From an uncultured Lentisphaerales bacterium (lineage in GTDB: Bacteria > Verrucomicrobiota > Lentisphaeria > JABSQK01 > UBA12247): a stretch of 64,000 bases of DNA. This document shows, piece by piece, positions 51,308 through 62,424 of this stretch. The notes below the pieces were generated by a model that was not told where the DNA came from, did no database searches, and saw only the letters and a list, made by a program, of their open reading frames with translations. Position 1 is the stretch's first letter; each line of letters opens with the position of its first letter. The translations under genes were made by a program, and so were the position numbers. Where the stretch lies: positions 192,001 to 256,000 of the forward strand of contig CALSSJ010000012.1 of assembly GCA_943788985.1 (NCBI GenBank), given 5' to 3'.

Positions 51308-52348
51308 TCATTTTACGGAGAACTTCATCTCCGCTTCCTCGCCTTTCTTCCTAATGTCTAGTACGAACTTTGCGCCGTCATGCAGCGCTCGCTGCGCGTA
51401 GATCGAGAAGCTCCCATAAATGCTTCTGCCGTCGCGCTTGTATGGCGTGATCTTTGTGGTAAGACTGCGGTTGCCCCACGGTCCGACTATAGTCGCTGTC
51501 TCGACGCCGGTCTGTGACTTGAGCGCGTTCCAGAATGTGAGCTTGGATTTCTGGATGTTCTTTCCCCTGAGCGACAGCGACCAGCCAGCGGTGGCTGCCT
51601 TGATCTGGGCCGTCTCCATGCTTTGGGCGTCCAGGGTCTGCGGCAGCCGCAAAATCAGACGCGTCATGGAATTGGCGTCGCTGACACTCGCGAGATCGTG
51701 CTCCAACTGAAAGGTGACCTCGTCCGGCTCTAGGTTGATTGCGAGTTTGTATGCGCAGCCATCTTGGAAGCTCCCCTTGATGCTGAGGGTATGTTCCTTG
51801 ACAGTGAGTATCGTTGGCTCCGGTGCTTCGGTGAAGTCAGTGTGTTTGAGATAGGACAGCCGCCCCGCCTTAGCCTTCGGATCCAACCGTAAGCGCTGCA
51901 CTTTCATTTCCATCGCCTTACCGACCGGCTCGCCGCCCGAGAGTGGTTGTAGGTAGAGACTGCCAGAGGCGCTCAGCTTGGCCACAAAGGTGGGCGCCTG
52001 ATAGACTGTGTGGCATTGCTTCCACTCACCATTGGCAAAAGTAGGAAGCTGCCCCTTCTTTGCCTTCGTAATGAGGTTCTCGCCTGCCTTAGCACCCTTG
52101 GCTCTCTTCTCTGGTGGTAAACCCGCCAATTTTCTGGCGGCCTTTCTGTCTGCCGGGATTAGGCTGGTAAGAGGAATGGCACCGATCTTCCCGTCCGGCG
52201 ATCGTAGCTGAACCTTTCCCGCTTTTACTCCGACGAAGCTGGCCTTGACTCCATTTCCTTTTGTACTGGTCCAGATTCGCTGCTCAGCTTCCTGTGCGCT
52301 GGCGGTCAGGAGCGAAACCATAAGCATGAGACGGATTAGTGAGGCCAT
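51308..52348 (-). CDS. Secreted SHD1-domain protein (paralog of 24206-25201)
   Basis: AGGAG RBS; signal peptide; RIWTSTKGNGVKASFVG...IPLTSLIPADR. Confidence 0.78.
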   Translation of the reverse strand: MASLIRLMLMVSLLTASAQEAEQRIWTSTKGNGVKASFVGVKAGKVQLRSPDGKIGAIPLTSLIPADRKAARKLAGLPPEKRAKGAKAGENLITKAKKGQLPTFANGEWKQCHTVYQAPTFVAKLSASGSLYLQPLSGGEPVGKAMEMKVQRLRLDPKAKAGRLSYLKHTDFTEAPEPTILTVKEHTLSIKGSFQDGCAYKLAINLEPDEVTFQLEHDLASVSDANSMTRLILRLPQTLDAQSMETAQIKAATAGWSLSLRGKNIQKSKLTFWNALKSQTGVETATIVGPWGNRSLTTKITPYKRDGRSIYGSFSIYAQRALHDGAKFVLDIRKKGEEAEMKFSVK

Positions 52349-52749
52349 TGAGGACTCCTTTGGTTGGCTGCAGGGAAACGTCCGCTGAAGAAGACCCCAA
52401 CTATCGCACAGGTCAAGGTTACCAACAAGTACAAACCTGTAATATTCGAAAAGGATCTGTGATCTCGGTAAGGCGCTCTTGCAGCGCCGAAGCAGCGAGT
52501 TACGACTGAACTATGCCAAACCCCGAAATTCCCACGCCTAGGCGCCGGAGCCCGCCGAGAGCTAGGAGCACGCGTGGCGTGCTCGTGGAAACGTTGCCAC
52601 CGTTGGTCCAGCAACCGCGTGTGGTTGGCGTTGGTAGACAGGTGATTGCGACCGAGGAAGTCTATTGTCCGGATGCAAGCAAGGTCTAGTGGCGGCCACA
52701 GGGCTGTGATGCAGTATACGCTGCGAAGGGAGAGGCACCTTTCCTCGCC

Positions 52750-53592
52750 GTGATTGGTCACTGCCTGGACTGTGGGAAGAGCGTGGCAGCCATCACTCTG
52801 GACAGGAGCCTGAAGCTGATGTATGACCTGCTCCGCGAGCTGGCTGCAACGGTCAGTTCACGGAAGATGTGCCACGCCGTCTGCTGCACACCGTCTCCAG
52901 TCATGTCCACGCGGACTTCGGGTAGGCGATCAACTTGGCTGGAATTGCTCGGGAGCTCAAGGTTTCCCGGAAGTAGCTCGCGCGGACCTGCCTGCACCAG
53001 TTCGACATCTCCTCTGGCGCCTGGGTGACGCAGGCAAAGATGCGAGAGGCAACCATCCTGCTGGCCGAGCCAGACTGGTCGGCTAAGGAAGTGCAACAGC
53101 GCGTCGAGAATACTTCGCAAGGGCAGGTAGACGGCAAATACCACAGTGGCGACCATCAGCTCTTCGGCCGAAGCCAGCAGTTGTCGGTACGTAGGTGGCA
53201 GGTCAAGCAACGTCACGACGTCAGAAACCGTCGCGCCTTGCTCAGCACGCTCGCGCATCGTGCTGAAGCACAGCTGCTTTGCGCTGGCCCGGCGAGTGTG
53301 CTGCGATGTCCGCCAACGCCTCCGGTAGCGGCTGTCCGTACCGAAGGAGAAGGGCCAGGCTGGCCAGAATCTCGGCTTTGGCCTCTCGGGTCATGATCGC
53401 CGAAATGGGTACAGGATCTACCACGAAAGACGAGGGTGGCTCACCTGAAACCACTCCGTACGCTGTAGGCCAATCGCCTTTCGGAGATCTGTAGGTCCCG
53501 AGCATCATCTCGATGACCGGGAGATGCACCGCATAGCCCGCATCGCAGTATTCGCGGCCCTTGGCGTGGTGCCAATGATGAAAGTCAGGCAT
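52750..53592. pseudogene. Mosaic of gene fragments: AraC-like HTH (+), GspF/PilC-like (-), sterol desaturase C-terminus (-)
   Basis: (+) TQAKMREATILLAEPDWSAKEV; (-) LASLALLLRYGQPLPEALADIA and EQGATVSD...YRQLLASAEE; (-) PDFHHWHH...MLGTYR. Confidence 0.5.
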
Positions 53593-53760
53593 AGAGCACT
53601 AATTGAAGCCAGGATAGCTTTGCAAAGGTAGGCATATTGCGCCTCAGCTTGGAGCAAGAACAAGCGCTGGATTCGCTTTTGTCGCAAGGGCATTCGGCAG
53701 AGAGCCGAGCACATCGTATGGTAACCGGGTTTTATTGCCCACATCCTGCCGAGTCCCATT

Positions 53761-55224
53761 ATGCCGGATAGCGCCGCGCCCCGCCCAAATATCGTGTTCA
53801 TCATGTCCGACGATCATGCTTCCCATGCCATGAGTTGCTACGGTAGCCGGATCAATACGACGCCCAACTTGGACCGGATTGCGAATGAAGGCATGCGGCT
53901 GGATAATTGCTTCTGCACGAACGGGATTTGCACGCCAAGCCGGGCCGCGATCCTGACTGGGCACCTACAATCACGTCAACAAGGTGACCACACTTGCCAC
54001 GCACTTGGACAACCGCATGACCACGTTCCCGGGCCTGTTGCGCGAGAGTGGATACCAGACCGCCGTCTTTGGGAAGTGGCACCTTGGCATGGGACCTGAT
54101 CATTGCCCGCGTGATTTTGATGATTGGGCAGTTCTGCCAGGGCAGGGCCTGTATCACAACCCAGACTTCATCTTCAAAAATGACGATGGTGGCGAAACTC
54201 GCACGGTGACGGGATACGTGACGGATCTGATCACTGACTTCTCGCTGGATTGGCTCAAACAACGGGATCCCGACAAGCCATTCTGCCTTTTGTATCATCA
54301 CAAGGCACCACATCGTTCTTGGGAGCCGGACGAGAAGCACGCACACATGTATTTGAACGAGGTTATTCCTGAGCCGGAAACGCTCTACGATGACTACTCC
54401 GAGCGAGCAGCCGCTGCCAAAGCAGCGACCATGCGCATCGGGCTGGACATGAATACCCAAGACATCAAGCGCGCGATCAATAAGAAGCTTCCGGAGATGG
54501 AGCTGCGCAAGTGGGCTTACCAGCATTACATCAAGGACTATCTCAGAGTCGTCGCCAGCATCGATGACAACGTTGGCCGGGTCCTCGACTACCTGGATGA
54601 GGCGGGGCTGAGCGAGAACACGATCGTGGTGTACACCAGTGACCAGGGCTTCTTTCTCGGTGATCATGGCTGGTATGACAAACGATTCATGTACGAAGAG
54701 TCGCTGCGGATGCCCTTTGTCGTCCGCTATCCGCGAGAGATTCAGGCTGGCAGCGTCAGCGAAGACATCGTCCACCAATGTCGACTTTGCGCCGCTGTTT
54801 CTGGAATTGGCAGGCGTGGACATTCCGGAAGCGTTCCAGGGGCGGAGTTTTCGCAGAGTCCTCCATGGCGAGGCAACCGTTGGATTGGCCCGAGGCTATG
54901 TACTATCGCTACTGGATGCACGCAGCCCATCATAACGTCGCAGCCCACTACGGGATCCGAACCAAGCGCTATAAGCTGATTTACTACTATTTTGATGGCT
55001 GCGGCCAGGAAGGCGCGATTGGCGCAACGGGGAGCGATGCTCGGCTGGCAGCGATTCACAATCGCGAGCCCGAGTGGGAGCTGTTCGACTTGGAGGCAGA
55101 TCCGTACGAACTCAGGAATGTGTACGGCAAATCAGAGTATGCCGACGTAGTCAGTGAGTTGACCGAGCGACTTCATCGCCTGCAAGCGGCGATAAAGGAC
55201 GAGCGTTACGTCAAGGATGCTTGA
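53761..55224 (+). pseudogene. Sulfatase split by three +1 frameshifts (true pseudogene or sequencing error)
   Basis: [68 protein letters not shown] in successive frames; shifts near 53960, 54772 and 54875. Confidence 0.88.
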
Positions 55225-56016
55225 GGAACGTCAGTCTGCGGCGTAAATAATCATGCCATCGCACAGGGGCTTTCGCGGATTCATTTTCATCCCGATCGCC
55301 GGTGAGCTACGGCGCGGCATCGCAGTTCGTTCCGTCAGCGTCTGGTTCCGATCTGGTAAGCCCGTCTGGGCCCTTCGTGCTGCCAGTCTTCTGGACCGCT
55401 ATCTCAACTAACTGTTGCTTGCCCTTTCTGGAAAGCTGGACTTGGGGAAGGCTGGGATCGTGGAGCCGCCCCAGGTATCCGAGCTGGATCGCGATGGCGA
55501 TCTCCACAGCACCAATCGTTCGCAGCAATGATTGGCCTCGCGTCTCGCTTTGTGCTGCCCAAATGCCGAAAGTGATTGGGGCTAATGCGAGCAAGGAAAA
55601 AGTTTCCCTGTGGGGGTGCAGATGTAGCAACAATGGCGCATCCCCAGCAACATCATAAGTGTCCTAAGAATCCAAGTTCGGAACACAGAGTGTTCGAGCC
55701 TGCGTTACAATACGCGTTAGCTCACTGCTCGGCGAATCCATGTTAGTGCCGGTGGAAATGTGGCTTCTGAATGCTGACTTCGCAATCTAGTGACGGACTG
55801 GTCGCAGAAGAGTTCGATCGCAAAAGCAGACCGACCTTACCGTATCCTTTTTTTTTGAGTGTCTGACTGTTGCGATTGATGGTCCGACCGACCTGTCGGA
55901 ATGATTCTGTGCCAATCGCCTGTCGGCATTGACGAACAGGCTAGCTCCGTTAGGTTTCGGCTGGGACTTTCGCTTAGAGGCGGAACACAAAGACACGTGC
56001 TGACAGTGGGCCGAGC

Positions 56017-58248
56017 ATGGAATTCAATTCAATTCAGGATCAAATCAACAGCGCCGAGCGCTTTGAGGAGATCATTTTTGATCTTGAGGAAGAGATCAAG
56101 GGGCTGCTTTGCGCCGAGCGCTTGACCTTCTATAAGCGCGACTCCAACGGGACCGAGATCGTGTCTTGGTATGGGGCCGACCTGGAAGAAGAGATTAGGC
56201 TGCCGCTTTCGCCCACATCGATCGCCGGATATGTGGCCATGAGTAAGCGCTCCGTAAAGATCGATGACGTGTACGATCCAGAGGAACTGGCGGCCGTTCA
56301 TCCTAAGCTGCGCTTCGACTACAGCTACGATCAGGAATCAGGCTACGTGACCCGGGCCATGCTGGTAGTGCCTATTGCCCACAAGGACACTCTCCTGGGC
56401 GTGATGCAGGTGATCAATCACATCGGCATCGAGAGCTTTAGCGCCGAGGACATCAGCCACGCTGAATCCGTGGCAGACCTGATCGCCCAGCGCTTTCGTT
56501 ATGAATTCAAGGCCACAGTTGGCCCCTATGATTATCTGCTGAAAAACAAGAAGCTCACGCTTGATCAGCTCGAGGAAATGGAGCAGCTTGCCGTCGAACG
56601 TGACCTCTCAATCTCCTCGCTTTTGCAGACGGAGTGTGCCATCACTCATGATGAAATAGGCCAGTCATTCGAGCAGTACTACCAGGTGCCGTTCTTCAAG
56701 TACAATCCCGACTTGGAGCTAGATACCGCGATCCTTGACCAGCTGAACAAGGGCTATCTAGCGCAGAACTTCTGGCTGCCGCTGGCCTACAGTCAGGACA
56801 AGGCGATCGTACTCATTGACGATCCCAACGATGCCGAGCGCATCATGGAGATCCAAAACGTTCTTACAGCCCAGAGCTATGAGTTTCTAGTCGGCACGCA
56901 GGATGACATCCTGCGCTTTCTCGGCTTCATCGAGGAACCGATCATTTCCGAGCCGGAAATGGACCTCGATGACCTGATCGCCAAGCTGGAGAGTAAGGCC
57001 CAGGAGGCGCTGGATGGTGATCAGGATGTGGTCAGCATCGACCAGACCAATCCCGAAGAGGGCGTGGTCGTGCAACTGGTGAACCGTATCATCTACGACG
57101 CCGTGGCCATGAACGCATCCGATATTCACGTGGAGCCCAGCAAAGGCCGGCTGTCTGGCACCGTGCGCATGCGCGTGGACGGCGTCTGTCGCGTAGTTCT
57201 TGAGGTCCCCAACCGCCACGTGCGCGCGGTAGTCAGCCGCATTAAGGTTCTCTCCCGTTTGGACATCGCCGAGCGTCGCAAACCGCAGGATGGCAAGCTT
57301 GCCGTCCGCATGGGGGGACGTCCACTTGAGCTACGAATTGCCACATTGCCGACCATCTGTGGCGAGAGTGTGGTCATGCGTATTCTCGCGCAGGGAGACG
57401 CGCTTCCCTACGACAAACTTGGCTTTTCGAAGCGTAACTATGAGATGATCGATACCTCGCTGGCGCACCCACACGGGCTTGTGCTTGTGGTGGGGCCAAC
57501 CGGGTCAGGAAAGACCACCACCTTGCACGGGTTGCTCGGCTATTTGAACACGCCAGAACGCAAGATTCTTACGGCCGAGGATCCGGTGGAAATCACGCAG
57601 CCCGGCATGAGCCAGGTGCAGGTGCAGCCCAAGATTGGCTACACATTTGCCATTGCGCTGCGCGCATTCCTGCGTTGTGACCCGGACATCATCCTCATCG
57701 GTGAGATGCGTGATCATGAGACCGCCAGCATGGGCGTAGAAGCCTCCCTGACCGGCCATCTGGTGTTCTCCACATTGCATACGAACTCTGCACCCGAGAC
57801 CGTCGTGCGTCTGCTTGAAATGGGGCTAGACCCGCTGAACTTTGCTGACGCTCTGGTCTGCGTGGTTGCCCAGCGGCTGATGCGGACCCTGTGCAAAAAC
57901 TGCAAAGAAGAGTACACACCCACGCAGGACGAGTTCGACCGGCTTGCGAACCTCTACGGTCTCGAATACTACCCCGAGTTGAACATTGACCTGACCAAGC
58001 TGAAGCTGATGCGGGGTGTGGGCTGCGAGGAGTGTGGGACGACTGGCTACCGTGGGCGTTGTGGCGTGCATGAAGTGCTGGTTAATTCCAAGGAACTTAG
58101 CGCGTTGATTGCCGCCAACACTCCTGCAAAGATTATTCGCGAGTTGGCCGTGAAAGAGGGGATGCGAACCGTCCAACAGGACGGTGTGATCAAAGTCTTC
58201 GAAGGGCTCTCCTCTCTCGACCAACTGCGGAAAGTCTGCGGGGATTAA
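56017..58248 (+). CDS. GspE/PulE/PilB secretion ATPase with N-terminal GAF domain
   Basis: GAF: SIAGYVA...IDDVYD...D..SGYVTRAMLVVPI...LLGVMQVIN; ATPase: GPTGSGKTTT, EDPVE, PDIILIGEMRD, TGHLVFSTLHTN, CKNC/CEEC. Confidence 0.93.
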   Translation: MEFNSIQDQINSAERFEEIIFDLEEEIKGLLCAERLTFYKRDSNGTEIVSWYGADLEEEIRLPLSPTSIAGYVAMSKRSVKIDDVYDPEELAAVHPKLRFDYSYDQESGYVTRAMLVVPIAHKDTLLGVMQVINHIGIESFSAEDISHAESVADLIAQRFRYEFKATVGPYDYLLKNKKLTLDQLEEMEQLAVERDLSISSLLQTECAITHDEIGQSFEQYYQVPFFKYNPDLELDTAILDQLNKGYLAQNFWLPLAYSQDKAIVLIDDPNDAERIMEIQNVLTAQSYEFLVGTQDDILRFLGFIEEPIISEPEMDLDDLIAKLESKAQEALDGDQDVVSIDQTNPEEGVVVQLVNRIIYDAVAMNASDIHVEPSKGRLSGTVRMRVDGVCRVVLEVPNRHVRAVVSRIKVLSRLDIAERRKPQDGKLAVRMGGRPLELRIATLPTICGESVVMRILAQGDALPYDKLGFSKRNYEMIDTSLAHPHGLVLVVGPTGSGKTTTLHGLLGYLNTPERKILTAEDPVEITQPGMSQVQVQPKIGYTFAIALRAFLRCDPDIILIGEMRDHETASMGVEASLTGHLVFSTLHTNSAPETVVRLLEMGLDPLNFADALVCVVAQRLMRTLCKNCKEEYTPTQDEFDRLANLYGLEYYPELNIDLTKLKLMRGVGCEECGTTGYRGRCGVHEVLVNSKELSALIAANTPAKIIRELAVKEGMRTVQQDGVIKVFEGLSSLDQLRKVCGD

Positions 58249-58303
58249 CGGAGTTGCAGGTGCTGTATCCGCCGGATTCAGTCGGCAATACAGCGGCTAG
58301 CTG

Positions 58304-59389
58304 ATGCGTATCCTGCACGTAGTCGAGGCAACTGGCGGGGGCGTCAGGCGACACCTTCAACTGGTCCTGCCCGGCCTCCGAGCACGGGGGCACGAAGTCG
58401 CGCTGGCCTACTCCCTGCGGCGCGCAGATCCCGGTTTTAGCCAGGACTTGGCCCAGTTCGAAGCCGCTGGCATCGTCCTGAGGGAGATTCCGATGCGACG
58501 CCTGCCGGCTCCCGCAGATCGTGCCGCCGCGCGGAAGGTTGCGGAGTTCGCAACGGACTTTGGGGCAGAGATCATGCATTGCCATGGGACCAAGGCCGGG
58601 ATTCTGGGGCGCATGCAACGGCGCATCCGACCCGTGGTCTACAGCCCGCACGCATTCCTCTTTCAAGGAGCGACCGGCTTCAAGCGCATCCTGCTGTTGA
58701 TGCTGGAGAACATGTTCGTGCGCCAGACGGCCGCGCTCATCTGCGTATCCGAGGCCGAGGAGCAAGTGGCCAGAGCTGCTGACCTGCGATTTGCGAAGGT
58801 CGCAATCGCCCGCAACGGTGTGCCAATCACGTCGCCTGCCAATCCGGCAGGTTTTGCGGAGTTCGCAATCGGCTGCGCCGCGCGGCTGGCCCCGCAGAAG
58901 GGGATCGACGTGCTGATTCGGGCGCTGGGCCAGGTGCCAGGCGCGAGGCTGACGCTGTGGGGGGATGGGCCGCTGCTGGCAGAGCTCCAGGCCTTGGCCG
59001 TAGCCGAAGGCGTCGCGGACCGTGTCGACTTTGCGGGGTTCGCAGAGGATGCTCGCGAGCAGGTGAAGAACATGGACCTTGGCGTGCTCCCCTCGCGGTT
59101 CGAGGGGCTGTCGTATCAGCTGCCTGGAAATGTTGGAAGCTGGCCTTCCAGTTGTCGCCAGCGACGTCCCCGGAAATCGCCTGCCCGCGATTGACGCCGG
59201 GCTGACGCTGGTGCTGCCCGACGATGCGGTCGCCCTGGCAGCTGCGTTGCGCCACCAGCAGGCACTGACCCCGGCCGAGCGCAGCGCCTGCGGCGCGCAG
59301 GCCAGAGCTGGCATTCACGAGCACTATTCTCTGGAGTCCAGCTCGCAGCACTCGAGACCGCTTATCGAGACGTAATGCGCATGAAGTGA
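58304..59389 (+). pseudogene. GT4 glycosyltransferase with two apparent frameshifts
   Basis: MRILHVV..GGV, HCHGTKAG, RLAPQKG, LPSRFEG | LEMLEAGLPVVASDVPG | QLAALETAYRDVMRMK*; shifts near 59123 and 59339. Confidence 0.85.
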
Positions 59390-59600
59390 GATGGGGCCGG
59401 GGTTGTGGCTCTAGCAGCCCGTGGATAAACTCCCGTCGTCGCGAGAACGACGAATTCCGAGGCGATTTGTCGCCTAAATACGCAAAACTGTAGCCACGCT
59501 GAACGTGTGCCCAGCAGACGTCAGGTTGTCCTCGGCTGCCAGTGATGTCGAAACCGAGCGCAGGTATTCACTGCCACAGTTGGGCCAGCCATACGAAAGA

Positions 59601-59652
59601 ATCGGCTCGAGTCGATTTCCAGCGACGACAGTCCTCTCGAGCCGATCTTTTT
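59601..59652 (+). terminator. Long-loop hairpin followed by a T-run
   Basis: atcggctcgag (59601-59611) / ctcgagccgat (59636-59646), then cttttt. Confidence 0.4.
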
Positions 59653-59790
59653 ACTCTTTCCGCTGATTCTATGCAGGTCGAAAGGGCTAAAATCACCAAC
59701 TTGTAACTAAATAGTTACCTGTGGCTTGGCTTCGCCGCTTTTAGGTGCAATGGTACCGCAACCGATCATCCGAAAGAGCGAGGGAAGAAC

Positions 59791-60936
59791 ATGAGCGACT
59801 TGAGACTTGGAATTGTCATGCACGGCATTACTGGCCGAATGGGGAAAAACCAACATCTAATCCGTTCGGTAAAGGCAATCATGGACGATGGTGGCCTACC
59901 GCTTGCCAATGGAGATGTGGTGAAGCTGGACCCGATTCTGGTGGGGCGCAATCTGGCCCGCGTCAAGGCTGTGGCCGATGAAGTTGGGATCGAGAAGTAC
60001 AGTGACGATGTCGACGCTGCGCTGGCAGATCCGGGCAACACCTTGTTCTTCGACGCGGCCTCGACGCAACGGCGTCCGGAATTGCTGCGGAAGGCGATTG
60101 CTGCTGGTATGCACGTCTATTGTGAGAAGCCGACTGCGGATCGTCTGGATGTGGCGCTGGCCCTAGCCAAAGAGGCCAATGCCGCCGGGGTGAAGCACGG
60201 CGTGGTCCAGGATAAGTTGTACCTGCCGGGTCTATTGAAGCTTAAGAAGCTGGTGGATGGGGGCTCCTTGGGGAAGATCCTTTCACTGCGAATTGAGTTC
60301 GGCTACTGGGTATTTACGGGAGATGGCGGTGAGCCGCAGCGCCCGTCTTGGAACTATCGCAAGGAAGATGGCGGCGGCATCATCATCGATATGATGTGCC
60401 ACTGGCAGTATGTTCTGGCTGGCATTTTTGGCCGTCCGTCGGCGATTTCCTGCACCATGGTCACACACATCGATGAGCGTGTGGACGAGAATGGCAAGAC
60501 CTACAAAGGAACTGCGGATGACGCTGCCTACGCCACGGTCGAGCTCGAGAATGGGATTATCGCCCAGATCAATTCGGATTGGTGCACGCGAGTGAATCGG
60601 GACGATCTGGTGACGTTTCAGGTGGATGGCACCAAGGGCTCTGCGGTCGCAACACTCACCAGCTGCAAGGTGCAGTCGCTGGCGGAGACGCCGCGCCCCG
60701 TATGGAATCCGGACGAGAAGCAGTCGCATTCGTTCCAGGATGATTGGCAGGAAGTGGACGCGGACCTCGAGGCAACAAATGGCTTCCGGATCCAATGGGA
60801 GCAGTTTGTCCGGCACATCTTCGAAGACGGGCCATGGTCGCATGGGCTGGATAAGGGGGCGGACTCTGTACAGTTGGCCGAGTTGGCGCTGATCAGCCAT
60901 GACGCACGCAGCTGGGTTGATGTCCCGCAGCTGTAG
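59791..60936 (+). CDS. Gfo/Idh/MocA family oxidoreductase
   Basis: GITGRMG, HVYCEKP, QRPSWNYR, GGIIIDMMCHW. Confidence 0.92.
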   Translation: MSDLRLGIVMHGITGRMGKNQHLIRSVKAIMDDGGLPLANGDVVKLDPILVGRNLARVKAVADEVGIEKYSDDVDAALADPGNTLFFDAASTQRRPELLRKAIAAGMHVYCEKPTADRLDVALALAKEANAAGVKHGVVQDKLYLPGLLKLKKLVDGGSLGKILSLRIEFGYWVFTGDGGEPQRPSWNYRKEDGGGIIIDMMCHWQYVLAGIFGRPSAISCTMVTHIDERVDENGKTYKGTADDAAYATVELENGIIAQINSDWCTRVNRDDLVTFQVDGTKGSAVATLTSCKVQSLAETPRPVWNPDEKQSHSFQDDWQEVDADLEATNGFRIQWEQFVRHIFEDGPWSHGLDKGADSVQLAELALISHDARSWVDVPQL

Positions 60937-60965
60937 AGTTTTTATTCGGTAAGGAAACTATTTCT

Positions 60966-62336
60966 ATGATTGACCTGCAGGCAGCACCGAAATTAGGCGA
61001 GCTGAGCCCCGCATTGGATCGCTTTTTTGAGCTGGCAAAGCACAAGACTGTGAATCTCGACAGAGAGTATGATGACTCGCAGGGCTCCCCTGTTTTTACC
61101 GTGGATGGCAAGTACACTACTCGTGGCTGGACGGAGTGGACCGAGGGATTTCGCTATGGTATCGCGGTGTTGCATTTCGATGCGACTGGCGATGAAGAAA
61201 GCCTGGCGTCGGGACGCAGACGGATTGTCGACCGCATGGCCAGCCATGTCAGCCATATCGGTGTCCACGATCACGGCTTTAATAACCTCTCGACCTACGG
61301 GAACCTGCGCCGGCTGATGAACGAGGGGCGCATCCCCGAGAACGAATGGGAGCGCCATTTCTATGAGCTGGCGATCAAGGTCTCAGGCGCGGTGCAGGCC
61401 GCACGCTGGACGGAGCGTCAGGGCGGCGGTTTTATTCACAGCTTTAATGGTCCGCATTCGCTATTCGTGGATACGATTCGCTCGGTGCGGATTCTGATGG
61501 CTGCGGATCGGTTGGGGCATGTGTTAATGGGGGAGGGCGATCAAGCCATTAGCCTGTTGGAGCGCGGGCTGCGGCACATCGAGTCCACGGCTGAGTATTC
61601 GGTCTACTACGGCGAGGGCCGGGATCGCTATGACGAGTCCGGGCGTACGGCGCATGAGATTGTGTTCAATACCAAGGACGGGGCCTATCGCTGTCCGAAC
61701 TCGCAGCAGGGATATACCGGCTTCAGTACCTGGACACGTGGCCAGGCCTGGGCGGTTCTGGGATTTGCTGAGGAGTTGGAATTGCTGGCTGAGACGCCCG
61801 CGGAGGCCTACAAGGAGTTCGGCGGGAAGAGCAAGTGGGAGAGGCTGATGCTGCGCGCGGCCACTGCCACCGCGGACAACTTCATTGCCAACACGCCGGT
61901 GGATGGCATCCCGTACTGGGACACCGGCGCACCACGTCTGCACTTGATCGATGGCTGGCGAGATCGCCCATCTGATCCCTATAACGAGTACGAGCCGGTG
62001 GACAGTTCTGCAGCTGCGATTAACGCGCAGGGGCTGCTTCGGCTTGGTCGCTACCTGAGTGGTAATGGGCAGGAGGTCGCAGGGGCGCGCTATCTGAAGG
62101 CGGGTCTGAAGGTGGCCCAGTCACTCTTTTCGGACCCGTACTTGTCCACGGATCCAAGCCATCAGGGGCTAATTCTGCATTCGATCTACCATGAGCCAAA
62201 TGGCTGGGACCACCGTCCTGATCCAAGCAAGGCTGCCTACGGCGAGTCTTCGATGTGGGGCGACTATCATGCGATGGAGCTGGCAGTGTATCTCCAGCGT
62301 CTTGCGGGAGATGGGCCGTATCTGACCTTTTTCTAG
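60966..62336 (+). CDS. GH88-like (unsaturated glucuronyl hydrolase-like) (alpha/alpha)6 protein
   Basis: WTEGF, HDHGF, STWTRGQAWA, IPYWD, DSSAAAI, WGDY. Confidence 0.85.
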   Translation: MIDLQAAPKLGELSPALDRFFELAKHKTVNLDREYDDSQGSPVFTVDGKYTTRGWTEWTEGFRYGIAVLHFDATGDEESLASGRRRIVDRMASHVSHIGVHDHGFNNLSTYGNLRRLMNEGRIPENEWERHFYELAIKVSGAVQAARWTERQGGGFIHSFNGPHSLFVDTIRSVRILMAADRLGHVLMGEGDQAISLLERGLRHIESTAEYSVYYGEGRDRYDESGRTAHEIVFNTKDGAYRCPNSQQGYTGFSTWTRGQAWAVLGFAEELELLAETPAEAYKEFGGKSKWERLMLRAATATADNFIANTPVDGIPYWDTGAPRLHLIDGWRDRPSDPYNEYEPVDSSAAAINAQGLLRLGRYLSGNGQEVAGARYLKAGLKVAQSLFSDPYLSTDPSHQGLILHSIYHEPNGWDHRPDPSKAAYGESSMWGDYHAMELAVYLQRLAGDGPYLTFF

Positions 62337-62424
62337 CGGAACGCGCAGTGACAAAGCGCGGCAAGCGGTTTAATGCTGTCCGTAGGATCGGGCAACTGTA
62401 ACCGTGTGATGGACGAAGAGCTTT

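Noticed and set aside
55307..55633. 108-aa minus-strand ORF with hydrophobic patches
   Set aside because: No recognisable motif or RBS; probably another eroded fragment
59411..59500. ctagcagcccgtggataaactccc... resembling a MITE or IS end
   Set aside because: No matching inverted end or second copy found in the window; cannot be supported
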